DNA from: Candidatus Pelearchaeum maunauluense | GTDB lineage: Archaea; Thermoproteota; Nitrososphaeria_A; Caldarchaeales; Caldarchaeaceae | Direction: 5' to 3' | Length of the DNA: 64,000 bases | Assembly: GCA_030059675.1 (NCBI GenBank) | Contig: JANVYQ010000006.1 | Location: 32,001 to 96,000 of the forward strand | Made by a program: the position numbers and the translations under genes | Shown here: positions 1-10,841 of the stretch, piece after piece | Layout of the letters: each line of letters begins with the position of its first letter | Numbering within the stretch: the first letter of the stretch is position 1 | Notes under the pieces: generated by a model | What the model saw: only the letters and a program-made list of their open reading frames with translations | Told to the model about the DNA's origin: nothing | The model's database searches: none

Positions 1-81
1 GAGATGACGATACTCAAGACGATAGTCTTCAACCTAGAGCCAGCTGGGCTTGGGAAGATAAAGAAAACACCAAAAATGTAG
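1..81 (+). CDS. 3' end of an unidentified CDS entering the window
   Basis: Frame 1 is open from the window edge to TAG at 79-81 (EMTILKTIVFNLEPAGLGKIKKTPKM*); too short to assign. Confidence 0.35.
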   Translation, partial: EMTILKTIVFNLEPAGLGKIKKTPKM

Positions 82-147
82 CAGTGAAAAACTACGAAAA
101 AATAATTTATTTAGCTCCAAAGAGTAATAAGATTTCTAGAGAATGGC

Positions 148-1316
148 TTGAATAAAGCCGCTATTGTTGGGGTAGGCTTAAGCAGGTTCGGTAAACGTAG
201 TGACGTCTCGTTAAGGGAGCTCGCCGCCGAGGCCGTGGTTGAGGCGTTTAAACATGCTAAAAACATAGAGCCCAGGGATATTGATGCGGTTCTTGTTTCA
301 TGCGCTCAACCTGAGCGGCTCGTGGTCCAGAGTAATGTCTCGCCGCTTATAGCCGAGTATCTGGGTGTAAAGCCGCCTAAAGGAGCTGTGCGCGTTGAGG
401 CTGCCTGCTCATCGGGTGGGGTAGCTCTAAGGCTGGCCTCCGCGATGATAGCTGGAGGATATGCGGAGAACGTGCTGGTTTTGGGTGTTGAGAAGATGCA
501 CGCAGCGCCCCGTGAAGAGGTCATGACGAGCCTCTCAATAGTCGCTGATAGGGAGTGGGAGAGCATACACGGGATAAACGCTCCCGCGGGCTCTGCACTA
601 GTGGCGCAGAGACACATTCACGAATACGGTACAACCGAAGAGCAGATGGGATACGTGGCTCTCAAGAACCACAAAAACGGGGAGATGAACCAGAAGGCCA
701 TGTTTAGAAAGAGAATAACCATACAAGAATATGCCGACTCGCCAATAATATCAAGGCCCCTCAAGCTGTACGACTGCTCACCAATCTGTGATGGGGCTGC
801 GTGCGTGATACTAACTACCGCCGAGAGAGCGCGTAGATATAATGATACGCCGATAATCATAGAGGCGGTAGCACAATCAACTTCAGGCAATACCGTATCA
901 AGCCTAGAGAGCCTAACGACATGGCCAGCTATGAGAGAAGCCGCATCGCAGGCATATAGGGCGACGGGCATAGGTCCAGGTGATATTGATGTGGCTGAGG
1001 TCCATGACTGTTTCACTATTGCTGAGATTGTTGAGTATGAGGAGCTTGGGTTCTGCGAGAAGGGCATGGGGGTAGGTTTGTTGAGGATGGGCAGTCAGAT
1101 ATAGGTGGGCTTGTAGCGGTGAATACCAGCGGCGGGCTTAAGGCTAAAGGCCATCCTATAGGCGCTACAGGGGTTGCGCAGGCAGTTGAGATAGTATTCC
1201 AGCTCCAGGGAGAGGCTGGGAAACGACAGGTAGGTGGGGCAGAGATAGGGCTAACGCACAACATGGGAGGCTTCGCCGTCAATCATGTAGTTGGAATATA
1301 TAGGAGAGCAAAGTAG
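148..1316 (+). pseudogene. Thiolase (acetyl-CoA C-acyltransferase, archaeal SCP2-like type), frameshifted
   Basis: EAACSSG, AEVHDCF and NTSGGLKAKGHPIGATG motifs are split over two frames; adding one G to the G5 run at 1068-1072 restores ...KGMGGRFVEDGQSDIGGLVAVNTSGG. Confidence 0.88.
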
Positions 1317-1730
1317 ATGACCGCTCCCCATATCTTCAGACTTGAGCCGAACCCAAGCGAGACGAAGCTCAAGAAGTTCTACGAAAACCTCCGCGAGGGG
1401 AGGCTTACAACAACCCGCTGCAACAAATGCGGCCTAACGCACTGGCCGCCTAGAGCGGTATGCCCCAACTGTATGAATGAGGAACTAGACTGGATAGAGC
1501 TTTCAGGAAAGGGCAGGATATACGCCTTCACCGAAGTAATGGATGGAGCACCTCTCGGGATGGAGGGCGAACTACCATACATTATAGGAGTAGTGGAGCT
1601 TGATGAAGGGATACGGCTGCTCGCCAGAATAGTTGATACAAAATATAGCGAGCTAAGAATAGGGCAGCAAGTAGTACTCACCATAAAACATAGAGGAGAT
1701 TTTGCTGTATTCTCGTTTAGACCAGAATAA
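1317..1730 (+). CDS. DUF35 Zn-ribbon/OB-fold protein, thiolase partner
   Basis: CNKCG...PPRAVCPNC zinc ribbon plus PYIIGVVELDEG OB-fold; abuts the thiolase. Confidence 0.92.
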   Translation: MTAPHIFRLEPNPSETKLKKFYENLREGRLTTTRCNKCGLTHWPPRAVCPNCMNEELDWIELSGKGRIYAFTEVMDGAPLGMEGELPYIIGVVELDEGIRLLARIVDTKYSELRIGQQVVLTIKHRGDFAVFSFRPE

Positions 1731-3377
1731 TTAGCCACTCCTCAATAGGCGGCGCAGAGTCTTCTCAGAAGGGGTTTTGGGTATGGTGTCAACAAACACA
1801 ACATGCTTAGGCGCCTTGAAGCTGGCTAGCCTCTCCCTGCAATATGCTATAAGCTCCTCCTCACTTACTCTCCCTCTATACTCGTCTCTGATGACCACGA
1901 ATGCTTTTGGCACCTCACCATAATAATCGTCCCGCTCAGCTATAACTGCCACATCAACAACCGCTGGGTGTGTTAGTAGGATGTTCTCAACCTCCGCTGG
2001 CCAGACTTTGAAGCCGCCAACGTTAATCAGGTCCTTAACCCTATCAACGAAGTAGAATAAGCCATCCTCGGACATGAAGCCAAGGTCTCCCGTCCTTAGC
2101 CATCCATCGCGGAGCGCTTCCCTAGTCTCTTCAGGCCTGTTCCAATAGCCCTTCATGACCTGCGGCCCGCGTGCGATGAGTTCTCCAACCTCGTTGGGGC
2201 CTAGCCTCTTCCCAGACTCCACGTCAACCACCGCGACCTCCGTGTCTATGGTTGGTATTCCTATGAGGTTGGGCTTGACCTCGCCTATTCCCAAGGGGGT
2301 GAATGTGAGGCATGGAGCAGCCTCTGTAAGCCCCCAACACTCAATCACATCAATACCAGTGAGCATCTTAAACTGCCGCCTTGCCTCAGGGAGCGAAGGC
2401 GCTGCCGCAGACATCCATATACGGACAGACGAGAGGTCATAACGCTTAATCTCAGGATAGCGTGAGAGCGCGCTATAAACTGGAGGAACACAGTAGAAGA
2501 TTGTCATGCGATGCTTCTCTATTGCTTCCAGCGTCTCCCTAATGCTGAAGCGCTCCTGTATGACTATCTTGGCTGCAAGAGCTATAACTGTGTTGAGGCA
2601 CCAGTTGAGGCCGTATATGTGTGAGAGTGGTAGATAGATTAGTAGCGTCTCCCCAGCCTCTTTAAGCTTCCATGTCATAATCTTCTGAGTATTATTCACA
2701 ACGCAATTATAGTGGGTGAGCATGACCCCCTTGGGCGTGCCTGTAGTACCACCAGTATAGCAGAGAAACGCCACATCCTCCTAAGGGTCTATAGCCACAT
2801 CAGGAGCGCCGTTCTTGCTTTCTGCTATAAGGTCGGTAAGCCCGACTAGCTCTTCATCTCCCAGCCTTTCCACAATCATATCCTTAAGCGCTAGGTGTAT
2901 AGCCGGCAAAACATCCTCATACCCAGTAATAATTATCCTCTCCACCGCAGTACCCTTAGCAGCCCGCTTGGCAGCATCAACCAACATGTTGAATGCTACG
3001 AGTATTTTCGCCCCAGAATCCTTAAGCTGGTAATTAAGCTCCATCTCCTTGTATGCTGGGTTGCATGGAACTACGATAGCCCCCGCCTTAAGAGCTCCGT
3101 AGAGACATATAACGAATTGGGGAGAGTTGGGAAGATAAAGAGCAACCCTATCACCCTTGACTACGCCCAGCCTAGATAAGGAGGCCGCAACCCTATCGCT
3201 TGCCCTATCTAATTGTTCATAGCTCAGCTCAACACCCTCATAATAGATAGCGGTTCTCCAAGGATACTTACGCGCAGAATCCCTCAACCTATCATGCAAC
3301 GCCACAACACTATATGACATACGTTGTGGGACATCTCTAAGCCAATACCTCAGCCAAGGACGGTCAGAATCCATCAA
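1731..3377 (-). pseudogene. Long-chain acyl-CoA synthetase (AMP-forming) with an internal stop
   Basis: YTGGTTGTPKG P-loop, WGLTE, RTGDLG motifs; the two ORFs share a frame, separated by TAG at 2781-2783 (IDP*EDVAFL); C-terminal TPSEKTLRR deviates from the usual TxSGKILRR. Confidence 0.88.
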
Positions 3378-3483
3378 TTATGCTCGCAAAAATCCAGTAA
3401 TTATTCAAAAAGTTTGCGCTTGCTATGTTACATTCAGAAAGAAAAATTTATAGGCGCTGAGTAGCGTTACTATACGATCCAAG

Positions 3484-4791
3484 TTGAGAGCGGAAAATAA
3501 TGTTTCTGGTTTATCAAAAGCCGCAGCAATCGCTGTGGTTGTTGTCATCGTCGTGGCCGCTGTTGCAGCCCTTTTCCTCACCGGCGGCCTAATGGGCGGC
3601 GAGGAGGAGCCTATACGTATAGGTGTTCTCGCCCCGCTCACGGGAGCGCCTGCCAGAGCTGGAAAGGCCATGGCCAACGCAGCCAAAATGGCCGAGGAAG
3701 ACATAAACGCAGCAGGCGGGCTGCTGGGACGGAAAGTAGAGATTCTCGTCTACGACGACGAAGATAAGCCAGAGGTCGGGAAAGTAGTCGCTGAACGAGC
3801 AATACTCCAAGACAAGGTCGTAGCCCTCGCAGGAATCTTCAGAAGCGAAGTAGCCATGGTCGTCGCAGAGGTAGCAGCGGAACAGAAAATACCACTAGTA
3901 GTAGGAACGGCGCAAACACCAAAGCTAACACAACTAGTGATAGACAACTACGACAAATACAAATACGTATTCAGGTCAACCACCAACGCAACAGCCCTCG
4001 GAAACGTCCTCACCGACTTCATCATGGATTACCTGGCGAAGAAGTATAACGTGAAGAAGATTGGTTTCTTGCAGGAGGATGTTCTCTGGGCTAGAGCGTT
4101 GGTCGAGTTTGAGACAAAGCGTCTTAAGGCGCGGGGCTTTGAGGTAAAGACATGGGTAGTGCCCCTGGGAGTTACCGACATACCAGAGCTACGCGAGATG
4201 GAAGCATGGGGAGCTGACGTAATCTTCCCAGTCTTCTCATCAGACAACGGATACCTCGTAACACGTCTCTACACGGAGCAGAAAATAGACGCCATACTCC
4301 TAGGCGTTAACAACCCGATAGCCAGCCCAGAGGCCTGGGAGAAGACCGAGGGGAGGGCAGAGTATGAGACTATAGCCGTCGCAGCTCCAGTAGTTAAGAT
4401 ACCAGTAACAGACCAGTTAGTGCCGTGGACTGAGCGGTACATAGAAAAATACGGCCCAGAGGCGCTAAACCAAGCGGCCGACACCTATGAGGCCCTGCAA
4501 GTAATATTCCAAGCGATACAGAAGGCGGGAAGCACAGACCCAGATAAGCTCGTCAAAGCGCTGGAAGAGAATGAGTTTGACACGCTCCGCGGCAAGGTGA
4601 AATTCACTAAGTATCACCAGCACATGTCCTGGCTGGGGCCGCCGTATAAAATAGAATCTTCGCTGGGTGGGCCTGTAGGCCAGTGGCAGCTCGTTAATGG
4701 GGAGCCAAAGGTGGTCGTTGTCTGGCCGCCGACGATAGGAAACCCAGACAACTGGAAACCCGCGCCCTGGGTGACCGTTCCGCGTGGATAG
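3484..4791 (+). CDS. ABC transporter substrate-binding protein, LivJ/K family, N-terminally anchored
   Basis: N-terminal TM, IRIGVLAPLTG, INAAGGLLGRKVE; first gene of a livHMGF-type operon. Confidence 0.92.
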   Translation: MRAENNVSGLSKAAAIAVVVVIVVAAVAALFLTGGLMGGEEEPIRIGVLAPLTGAPARAGKAMANAAKMAEEDINAAGGLLGRKVEILVYDDEDKPEVGKVVAERAILQDKVVALAGIFRSEVAMVVAEVAAEQKIPLVVGTAQTPKLTQLVIDNYDKYKYVFRSTTNATALGNVLTDFIMDYLAKKYNVKKIGFLQEDVLWARALVEFETKRLKARGFEVKTWVVPLGVTDIPELREMEAWGADVIFPVFSSDNGYLVTRLYTEQKIDAILLGVNNPIASPEAWEKTEGRAEYETIAVAAPVVKIPVTDQLVPWTERYIEKYGPEALNQAADTYEALQVIFQAIQKAGSTDPDKLVKALEENEFDTLRGKVKFTKYHQHMSWLGPPYKIESSLGGPVGQWQLVNGEPKVVVVWPPTIGNPDNWKPAPWVTVPRG

Positions 4792-4819
4792 CAACTAGCG
4801 CTTAAATATCCAACAATAA

Positions 4820-5680
4820 ATGGTGCTTCCAATAATAATTGACGGTATATTGTTGGGAGCTTTGTTCGCAGCCTCCACTATCGGGCTCTCTATGTTCTAC
4901 GCAGTTACTGGAATCTTCAACCTAGCTCATGGGGCATTATTAATTCTAGGAGGCTATCTCGTCTATACCGCTCTATCCGTTCTCGGCATACCGTTGCCAG
5001 CGGCTATAGTGTTCAGCATACTCGTACTAGGTCTCGGAACCATGCTTTTCTACAAATACATGCTACACCCGATAAGGATGCATCATTTAACCTGCGTAAT
5101 AATCACCCTAGCTCTCCTGCTGGTGCTTGAACGGCTTACGATAGTCCTCTACGGCCCTTGGGGGTTGCCGTTTCCCACATTCATCCCAGAGACAGCGGTT
5201 ATAGGCGGCGTTGAGGTGAGCCTCCAGAAGATAGCGGTCACGGCGTTGAGTCTTGCTGCGATAGCGGTCTTATGGTTAATTATGAATAAGACCTGGCTGG
5301 GCTTAGCTATGAGAGCCACGATAGATAACATGAACGCCGCAACGGCTGCGGGAATAAACACCGAGAAGATAATCATGCTGAGCGTTTTCATATCCGCGGC
5401 TATAACAGCTATAGGGGGTATAAGCATAGCCTCAACGCTCTTCCTCTCACCTATACTGATGTCTCAAATGAATATGGCTGCTATCGCCGTAGCTATACTC
5501 GCTGGACTGGGGAGCCTCTGGGGGATAGTCCCAGCAGCGTTTATACTAGGCTTCTCAGACGTGGTGGGCGCCATATACTTCGGCGGCTGGTATAGGTTCG
5601 TCAATCTGGCAGTAGTAATAATAATCGTGCTCCTAGTCAGGCCTCAGGGATTCTTCGGAGCTAAGGAGAGGATTGCATGA
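4820..5680 (+). CDS. livH: Branched-chain amino acid-type ABC permease
   Basis: GIFNLAHG motif, KTWLGLAMRA...AAGIN, LVRPQGFFG. Confidence 0.9.
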   Translation: MVLPIIIDGILLGALFAASTIGLSMFYAVTGIFNLAHGALLILGGYLVYTALSVLGIPLPAAIVFSILVLGLGTMLFYKYMLHPIRMHHLTCVIITLALLLVLERLTIVLYGPWGLPFPTFIPETAVIGGVEVSLQKIAVTALSLAAIAVLWLIMNKTWLGLAMRATIDNMNAATAAGINTEKIIMLSVFISAAITAIGGISIASTLFLSPILMSQMNMAAIAVAILAGLGSLWGIVPAAFILGFSDVVGAIYFGGWYRFVNLAVVIIIVLLVRPQGFFGAKERIA

Positions 5681-6618
5681 AGAAGTCTGAAATATACCTA
5701 ATCACCGCACTCGTACTCATAATTTACTCAATATACCCACTCCTAACAGGAGACACCTATCTACTGCGCGTTTTGATACTCGTGCATATATTCGCAATAC
5801 TGGCCGCGAGCCTTGACATAATCGTGGGATACACTGGCCAGCTAACCGCTGGGCATACGGCGGTATGGGGGTGGGGCGCATTCACAACTGCATGGATGAT
5901 ACTGTGGTTCGGCGCTAACCCGCTGCTAGCTGTTCTTGTGGGAGCCCTCTTCGGAGCTCTCCTAGGGCTGGGAATAGGGATACTATGCCTCCGCTTCAGA
6001 TACCTACTCCTAACACTCGTAACCTTCGCCCTCCTAGTACTCTCCTACGCCCTAGCGCGGCAATTCACAGACATAACGGGGGGAGAGCTAGGCCTTCACG
6101 GAATAACACCAATAACAAAGAACCCAATACTAAGCTTCTACATCACCTTCGGCGCCCTCCTAATAACAGTCGTATCCCTCCTCGTATTGGGCAGGTCGCG
6201 CATCGGGCTTAGGATGAAATCCATCAAGGAAGACGAGGTGGCTGCTGAGACTATTGGAATAAACACCGTACGCTACAAGGTTCTCGCCAACGTCATAGGC
6301 TCGTTCTACGCTGGACTTGCTGGAGGGCTCTACACAACATACACAACCAGCGTGGGTGCGAGCATATTCTTCCTAGACCACCTACTACGCCTCATACTCA
6401 TGTGGGGAATAGGAGGAGGCGGCACAATAATAGGGCCAGTAATAGGAGCCTACACAGTCATGCTACTCTCAGAATATCTCAGATTCATAGAAGAATTAAG
6501 ACTAATACTCCTCGGGATAATAATGATACTAATAATGCGCTTCTTCCCAGCAGGCCTTCATGGAATGATAAGCTTAACACTCATGAAAACACCAATAAGA
6601 GGAGGCAAGGTCAAATGA
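5677..6618 (+). CDS. livM: Branched-chain amino acid-type ABC permease
   Basis: GYTGQLTAGH, TGGELGL, SIKEDEVAAETIGIN motifs; ATGA overlap with the previous gene. Confidence 0.9.
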   Translation: MKKSEIYLITALVLIIYSIYPLLTGDTYLLRVLILVHIFAILAASLDIIVGYTGQLTAGHTAVWGWGAFTTAWMILWFGANPLLAVLVGALFGALLGLGIGILCLRFRYLLLTLVTFALLVLSYALARQFTDITGGELGLHGITPITKNPILSFYITFGALLITVVSLLVLGRSRIGLRMKSIKEDEVAAETIGINTVRYKVLANVIGSFYAGLAGGLYTTYTTSVGASIFFLDHLLRLILMWGIGGGGTIIGPVIGAYTVMLLSEYLRFIEELRLILLGIIMILIMRFFPAGLHGMISLTLMKTPIRGGKVK

Positions 6619-7325
6619 GTCTCCTAAAAGTTGAGAACGCCACTAAACGCTTCGGAGGAAACGTGGCAGTCAACTCCATGAGTCTAGAGGTTAATGAGGG
6701 CGAGATAGTGGGTATCATAGGGCCTAACGGCTCTGGAAAGACCACCCTCTTAAACCTCATAAACGGAATAATACAACTAGACTCAGGAGCAATCTATCTA
6801 CGTGGAAAGCCCATCCATAATAAAAAACCACACCAGCTGGTGCGTTTAGGAATAGGGAGGACATTTCAGATAACGCGTGTATTTCGGGAGCTTACGGTAT
6901 TGGAAAACATGCTATCAACCGTTGAGACTGGAAAGAGCGGTAAGAATAACCTCGTGGAGAATGCTCTCAAGCTCCTAGAGCTCGTAGGCCTCTCAGACAA
7001 GCTGGACGCGCGTGCGGGAACGCTCTCAGGGGGCCAGCAAAAGCTCCTAGAGCTCGCTCGTACACTAATGCTAAACCCAACACTCCTACTCCTAGACGAG
7101 CCATTCGCTGGAGTGCATCCAAAGATAGTGATGAAGCTCTCGGAGCTTATACTGGATATGAGAAAGAAAGGAAAGACATTCCTCATAATAAGCCACGACA
7201 TACATACAATATCATGGCTGAGCGACAGGCTGGTCGTGATGAACGAGGGACGTAAGGTCGCTGAGGGGAGTCCAGAGCAGATAAAACAAGACCGCGAAGT
7301 AGTTAGAGCATATTTGGGGGTGTAA
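6615..7325 (+). CDS. livG: ABC ATP-binding protein, LivG-like
   Basis: Start reassigned to ATG 6615 (MSLLKVEN); GPNGSGKT, RTFQ, LSGGQQK, LLLDEP. Confidence 0.92.
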   Translation: MSLLKVENATKRFGGNVAVNSMSLEVNEGEIVGIIGPNGSGKTTLLNLINGIIQLDSGAIYLRGKPIHNKKPHQLVRLGIGRTFQITRVFRELTVLENMLSTVETGKSGKNNLVENALKLLELVGLSDKLDARAGTLSGGQQKLLELARTLMLNPTLLLLDEPFAGVHPKIVMKLSELILDMRKKGKTFLIISHDIHTISWLSDRLVVMNEGRKVAEGSPEQIKQDREVVRAYLGV

Positions 7326-7327
7326 TC

Positions 7328-8083
7328 TTGTCGCTTGTCGTCAGGGATATTTACTCAGGATACTTCCGCGACGTGAATGTTTTGTGCGGAGTGAGCCTTG
7401 AGGTCTATGAAGGCTCAATAACAGCGGTCTTAGGCCCCAACGGCTCTGGAAAATCAACACTACTAAAAACCATATACGGCTACCTAAGGCCTTCCAGTGG
7501 CAAGATACTGCTCGACGACCATGATATAACTGGCATGAAGACTCATGACCTTCTCAGGATGGGCCTCGCCTACGTGGCTCAGGAGAGTGGAATATTCCCG
7601 CATCTAACAGTTGAGGAAAACCTAAAGACTGGCCTCTGGATATTGCGTAGGGAGAAACAGACAGTAAGAGATAGGCTTGAGGAGATTTACAGCAGATTTG
7701 AAATACTCTCCGAGAAGCGCAGCGTTAAAGCAGGCTTTCTGAGCGGAGGCCAGCAACGCCTCCTCCAGATAGCAAAAGCCCTCCTCACCAAACCAAGAAT
7801 AATACTAATGGATGAGCCATCCTCAGGACTCTCACCAAAAGTCCTAGATGAAGTCTATGGAATAATCACAAAGCTCCGCGACGAAGGAAAAACCATACTA
7901 CTTGTGGAGCAGAACGTCAGAAAAGCCCTAGAAGTCGCAGACACGATAAACGTGATAGAGCTCGGCCAGACAAAATTCAGCGGAACTAAAAAAGAGTTTG
8001 AAGAACGGCTTGAGGAGATAATCGGAATATGGGGCTTCAAGGCAGCGGGGCTACAGCCCAGCAAGAGCTTGCAGGAAGAATAG
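7328..8083 (+). CDS. livF: ABC ATP-binding protein, LivF-like
   Basis: GPNGSGKS, LSGGQQR, MDEPSSGLSP, LLVEQN. Confidence 0.92.
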   Translation: MSLVVRDIYSGYFRDVNVLCGVSLEVYEGSITAVLGPNGSGKSTLLKTIYGYLRPSSGKILLDDHDITGMKTHDLLRMGLAYVAQESGIFPHLTVEENLKTGLWILRREKQTVRDRLEEIYSRFEILSEKRSVKAGFLSGGQQRLLQIAKALLTKPRIILMDEPSSGLSPKVLDEVYGIITKLRDEGKTILLVEQNVRKALEVADTINVIELGQTKFSGTKKEFEERLEEIIGIWGFKAAGLQPSKSLQEE

Positions 8084-8359
8084 AAAAATTACAAACCAAG
8101 TATTCTAAACATGTAAAACCCAGAAAGCGTCTCACGCTAAATAACCATCTATAACGTGGAGACATGTCCTACTATCCTACTTGTCACTATGAACCCGCTT
8201 AATGCTCTCTTGAGGGCCTCAATGCTCGCTTAGACAATTATGTGGAGGAACAAGAAGCTAAGGTTACTTGAAATGGGCATTAGCGTATGCGACGTTTACC
8301 TTAGGAGCCGTAAATAATGGACATAGATACTAGAGGAGTACTAGCGGTAAAAACGTGTC

Positions 8360-8776
8360 TTACTCCCATATGGTTTCCACACCAGGAGTAGAGACTATCT
8401 CTTCATCATTCATGATTATTGCCCTAGAGTTATGTCTCAAATGAGTATCTACTATCATCCTGTCATGAAGTTCTGTAAGGTTTGATCCTATAGCTATTCT
8501 CCAGCCATCTATATCAAGATCTACAACTCTTAGGGATTTGCTGAACTTCAAAGCCTTAAGTAGTTCTATGAGGCTTTCTACTGGTATTCTCCTGCTAAAA
8601 ATATCCTTCCCGCGTAGGAGGATGTATAGCGTTTCGCCAATAGTTATGGAGGGGGAGTAGGGATGTTTTCTCCGCTCAGCCACAGAGAATATGCTATCCG
8701 CCTTACGCGGGAGGGAATCAGCTAAATAGGCTAACAACGCTATCGTGTCAACTGTGTATGTTTCACTGCTCCTCAA
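8360..8776 (-). CDS. PIN-domain VapC-like toxin, possibly degenerate
   Basis: VDTIALL, SITIGE, LHDRMI, NDEEI acidic PIN pattern; start overlaps the upstream antitoxin remnant. Confidence 0.75.
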   Translation of the reverse strand: MRSSETYTVDTIALLAYLADSLPRKADSIFSVAERRKHPYSPSITIGETLYILLRGKDIFSRRIPVESLIELLKALKFSKSLRVVDLDIDGWRIAIGSNLTELHDRMIVDTHLRHNSRAIIMNDEEIVSTPGVETIWE

Positions 8777-8932
8777 GCCTCCACTCCCCCCGTAGCCTCT
8801 TAAGGAAGGCCTGCGCCTGCTTAAGGTCTATTGCTCCCTTCAACATACCCCTGAGACTCCTCAGTCCCCGCCTGTAAGGTTTAATCAACACACACTCATC
8901 AGATAGAATAATGATAACCTCATCCCCCTCCC
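8763..8932 (-). pseudogene. AbrB/MazE-type antitoxin remnant, N-terminus lost
   Basis: Hand translation GEGDEVIIILSDECVLIKPYRRGLRSLRGMLKGAIDLKQAQAFLKRLRGEWRLEEQ*; an in-frame TAG precedes it and the N-terminal AbrB strands are absent. Confidence 0.7.
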
Positions 8933-9185
8933 CCTATGGCTTGTGTGGTATAGTGTGTAAAGGTTTAGGTTGTTCATCCCTTGATCAATGTTCTTTGCAC
9001 TTAATTTGCTATTGAATACAATAGTCTCTCCTCAATCTTAATTGATTGATTTAGTATTTTATAGACCTCCTTTTCAATCAGGGGATTTAAAAGACCTTTA
9101 GCTCGAACCTTCACAGTATGATGTATTAGGATAAGGTTAATATAAATATAATTTTAAACTTATACCTGAATAATAGGTAACTAAT

Positions 9186-10585
9186 ATGAGAGAAGGGGGA
9201 AGGCGGGAATTTCTAAAAACGGCAGCATCGAGTGTAGGGGGTTGGCAATCGGGGGATTAATAGGATATATCTTAGGAGGCATTAAAGAGAGGACTGAAAC
9301 AGCGACACAGGTAACAGAAGTAACGAAGACAGTGGTTGGCGAATCTCCACGCCCTAGTCCAACATTGCCAGTCAAGATAGGGAGTCAAGCTTTCTTTTCG
9401 GGCCCCGTAGCTGTTGCCTCAAAACCTCAGTCAAATGGGCTTAGACTAGCCGTGAAGGAGATAAATGAACAAGGTGGTTTATTGGGACGAGAAGTAGAGC
9501 TAGTTGAACGGGAGGAAGGAAGACCCGATGCAACGCTAAGAGAGTTTAAACGACTCGTCATTGAGGAGAAGATAGACTATTTCATCGGGTTAATATCCAG
9601 CGCTAACACCCCTGCTGTAGGCCCAGAAGCCGAGGAACTAGGAGTAATAACAATATTCGTGGATGGCTGTACAGATAAGCTATGGGAAGAGGCGGTTCCT
9701 AATCCACATTATGTATTTAGAACAAACAACACAGAGCATGTAGGACAGGTAGCAGCAGCAGCTGCAGCCACCGTGAACCTATACATAGACTCTGGCTTGG
9801 TTCCTAAGAACCCTCGGATAATAGGCATCCACCCAGATTACGCCTATGGTAGAAATTCACATATCATCTTCAGCAAAGCCATTAGCAAAATGGTACCAGA
9901 TGCAGAGATTCTCGAGCCTATTTTTACCGAGTTCTTAAAGACTAGTGACTTCACGCCACATATAACTTCTATTTTGCAAAAGGAACCGGATATAGTGGTC
10001 ACCTCTCTATGGGGGTCAGATTACATCAACTTTTACAAGCAAGGGCTGCCACAAGGGTTGTTTAACAAAACACGAATTGTGGCAACTGCTTCGTATATAA
10101 TTCCTCCACATCTAATAGGATTGGACCATCCAGCCGGTCATATAATGGGTGTTGATGGAAACTACTACTTTGAATATCCACCTTTCAACATCTGGCCCCT
10201 CAACCAACGTTTCGTTGAAGCGTACTATAAAATGTGGGGAGAGTACCCGACATATATGGCTGAAGGGGCTAGGAATGGAGCCTACTGGCTTAAAAACAGG
10301 CCTGGAGAGAGCTGGAAAAATTGCTAATGGATGGCCTGACGAAGAAGAGGTCATCTCCTTCTTAGAGACAGCTGTTATGCCAGTTCCAGCAGGTATGTTT
10401 TACGTCAGATGCCACCAAGGGCACAAGAACCCAATACTGGGAGTTACTAGTGAGAAAAATAATTACAACTTCAGGTCCTTGGAAAAATAATACACATCCC
10501 TATAGAAAAAGTGGAGAAAGCACCAGAATATAAGACAGCCATTGACTGGATAGACAAATGGCCAGAAAAGTACAGACCATTATAG
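9186..10585 (+). pseudogene. Tat-signal ABC substrate-binding protein (Liv family) with three frameshifts
   Basis: ATG 9186 MREGGRREFLKTAASS twin-arginine signal; frame breaks near 9240 (G run), 10292-10296 (A5) and about 10472; INEQGGLLGREVE motif; no cognate permeases adjacent. Confidence 0.82.
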
Positions 10586-10692
10586 AAAATTCTCCTACAT
10601 ATTCAACTATTTTTAGTTATACTCAGATCAAAATTGTAAATCCTTGCTGCAGAAGAGCCTCTTCAGATACAGTTTCCTGTTACTAATCATCT

Positions 10693-10809
10693 TCAATCCC
10701 TTGAAAATAATGTTAGAGATTTTGTGATACCCTTAACCTCGTTACTCACAGGCTCACCATTGTATTCCTTAACATCCAGCCGTGTCCGTATAGCTTCTAT
10801 CACATCCAT
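10693..10809 (-). pseudogene. Nitroreductase-family N-terminal remnant
   Basis: MDVIEAIRTRLDVKEYNGEPVSNEVK resembles the nitroreductase N-terminus; stop after 38 codons. Confidence 0.55.
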
Positions 10810-10841
10810 ATCCAGGGTCTTAATAGGGTTCAAATGCAAAT

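Noticed and set aside
1068-1072. G5 run at the thiolase frameshift as a programmed frameshift or phase-variation site
   Set aside because: Run is short, there is no slippery heptamer with downstream structure, and the neighbouring CoA ligase is also broken, so decay or a sequencing indel is simpler.
9009-9024. CTATTG-N4-CAATAG inverted repeat as an operator
   Set aside because: Only 6-bp arms in AT-rich decayed DNA; no second copy seen.
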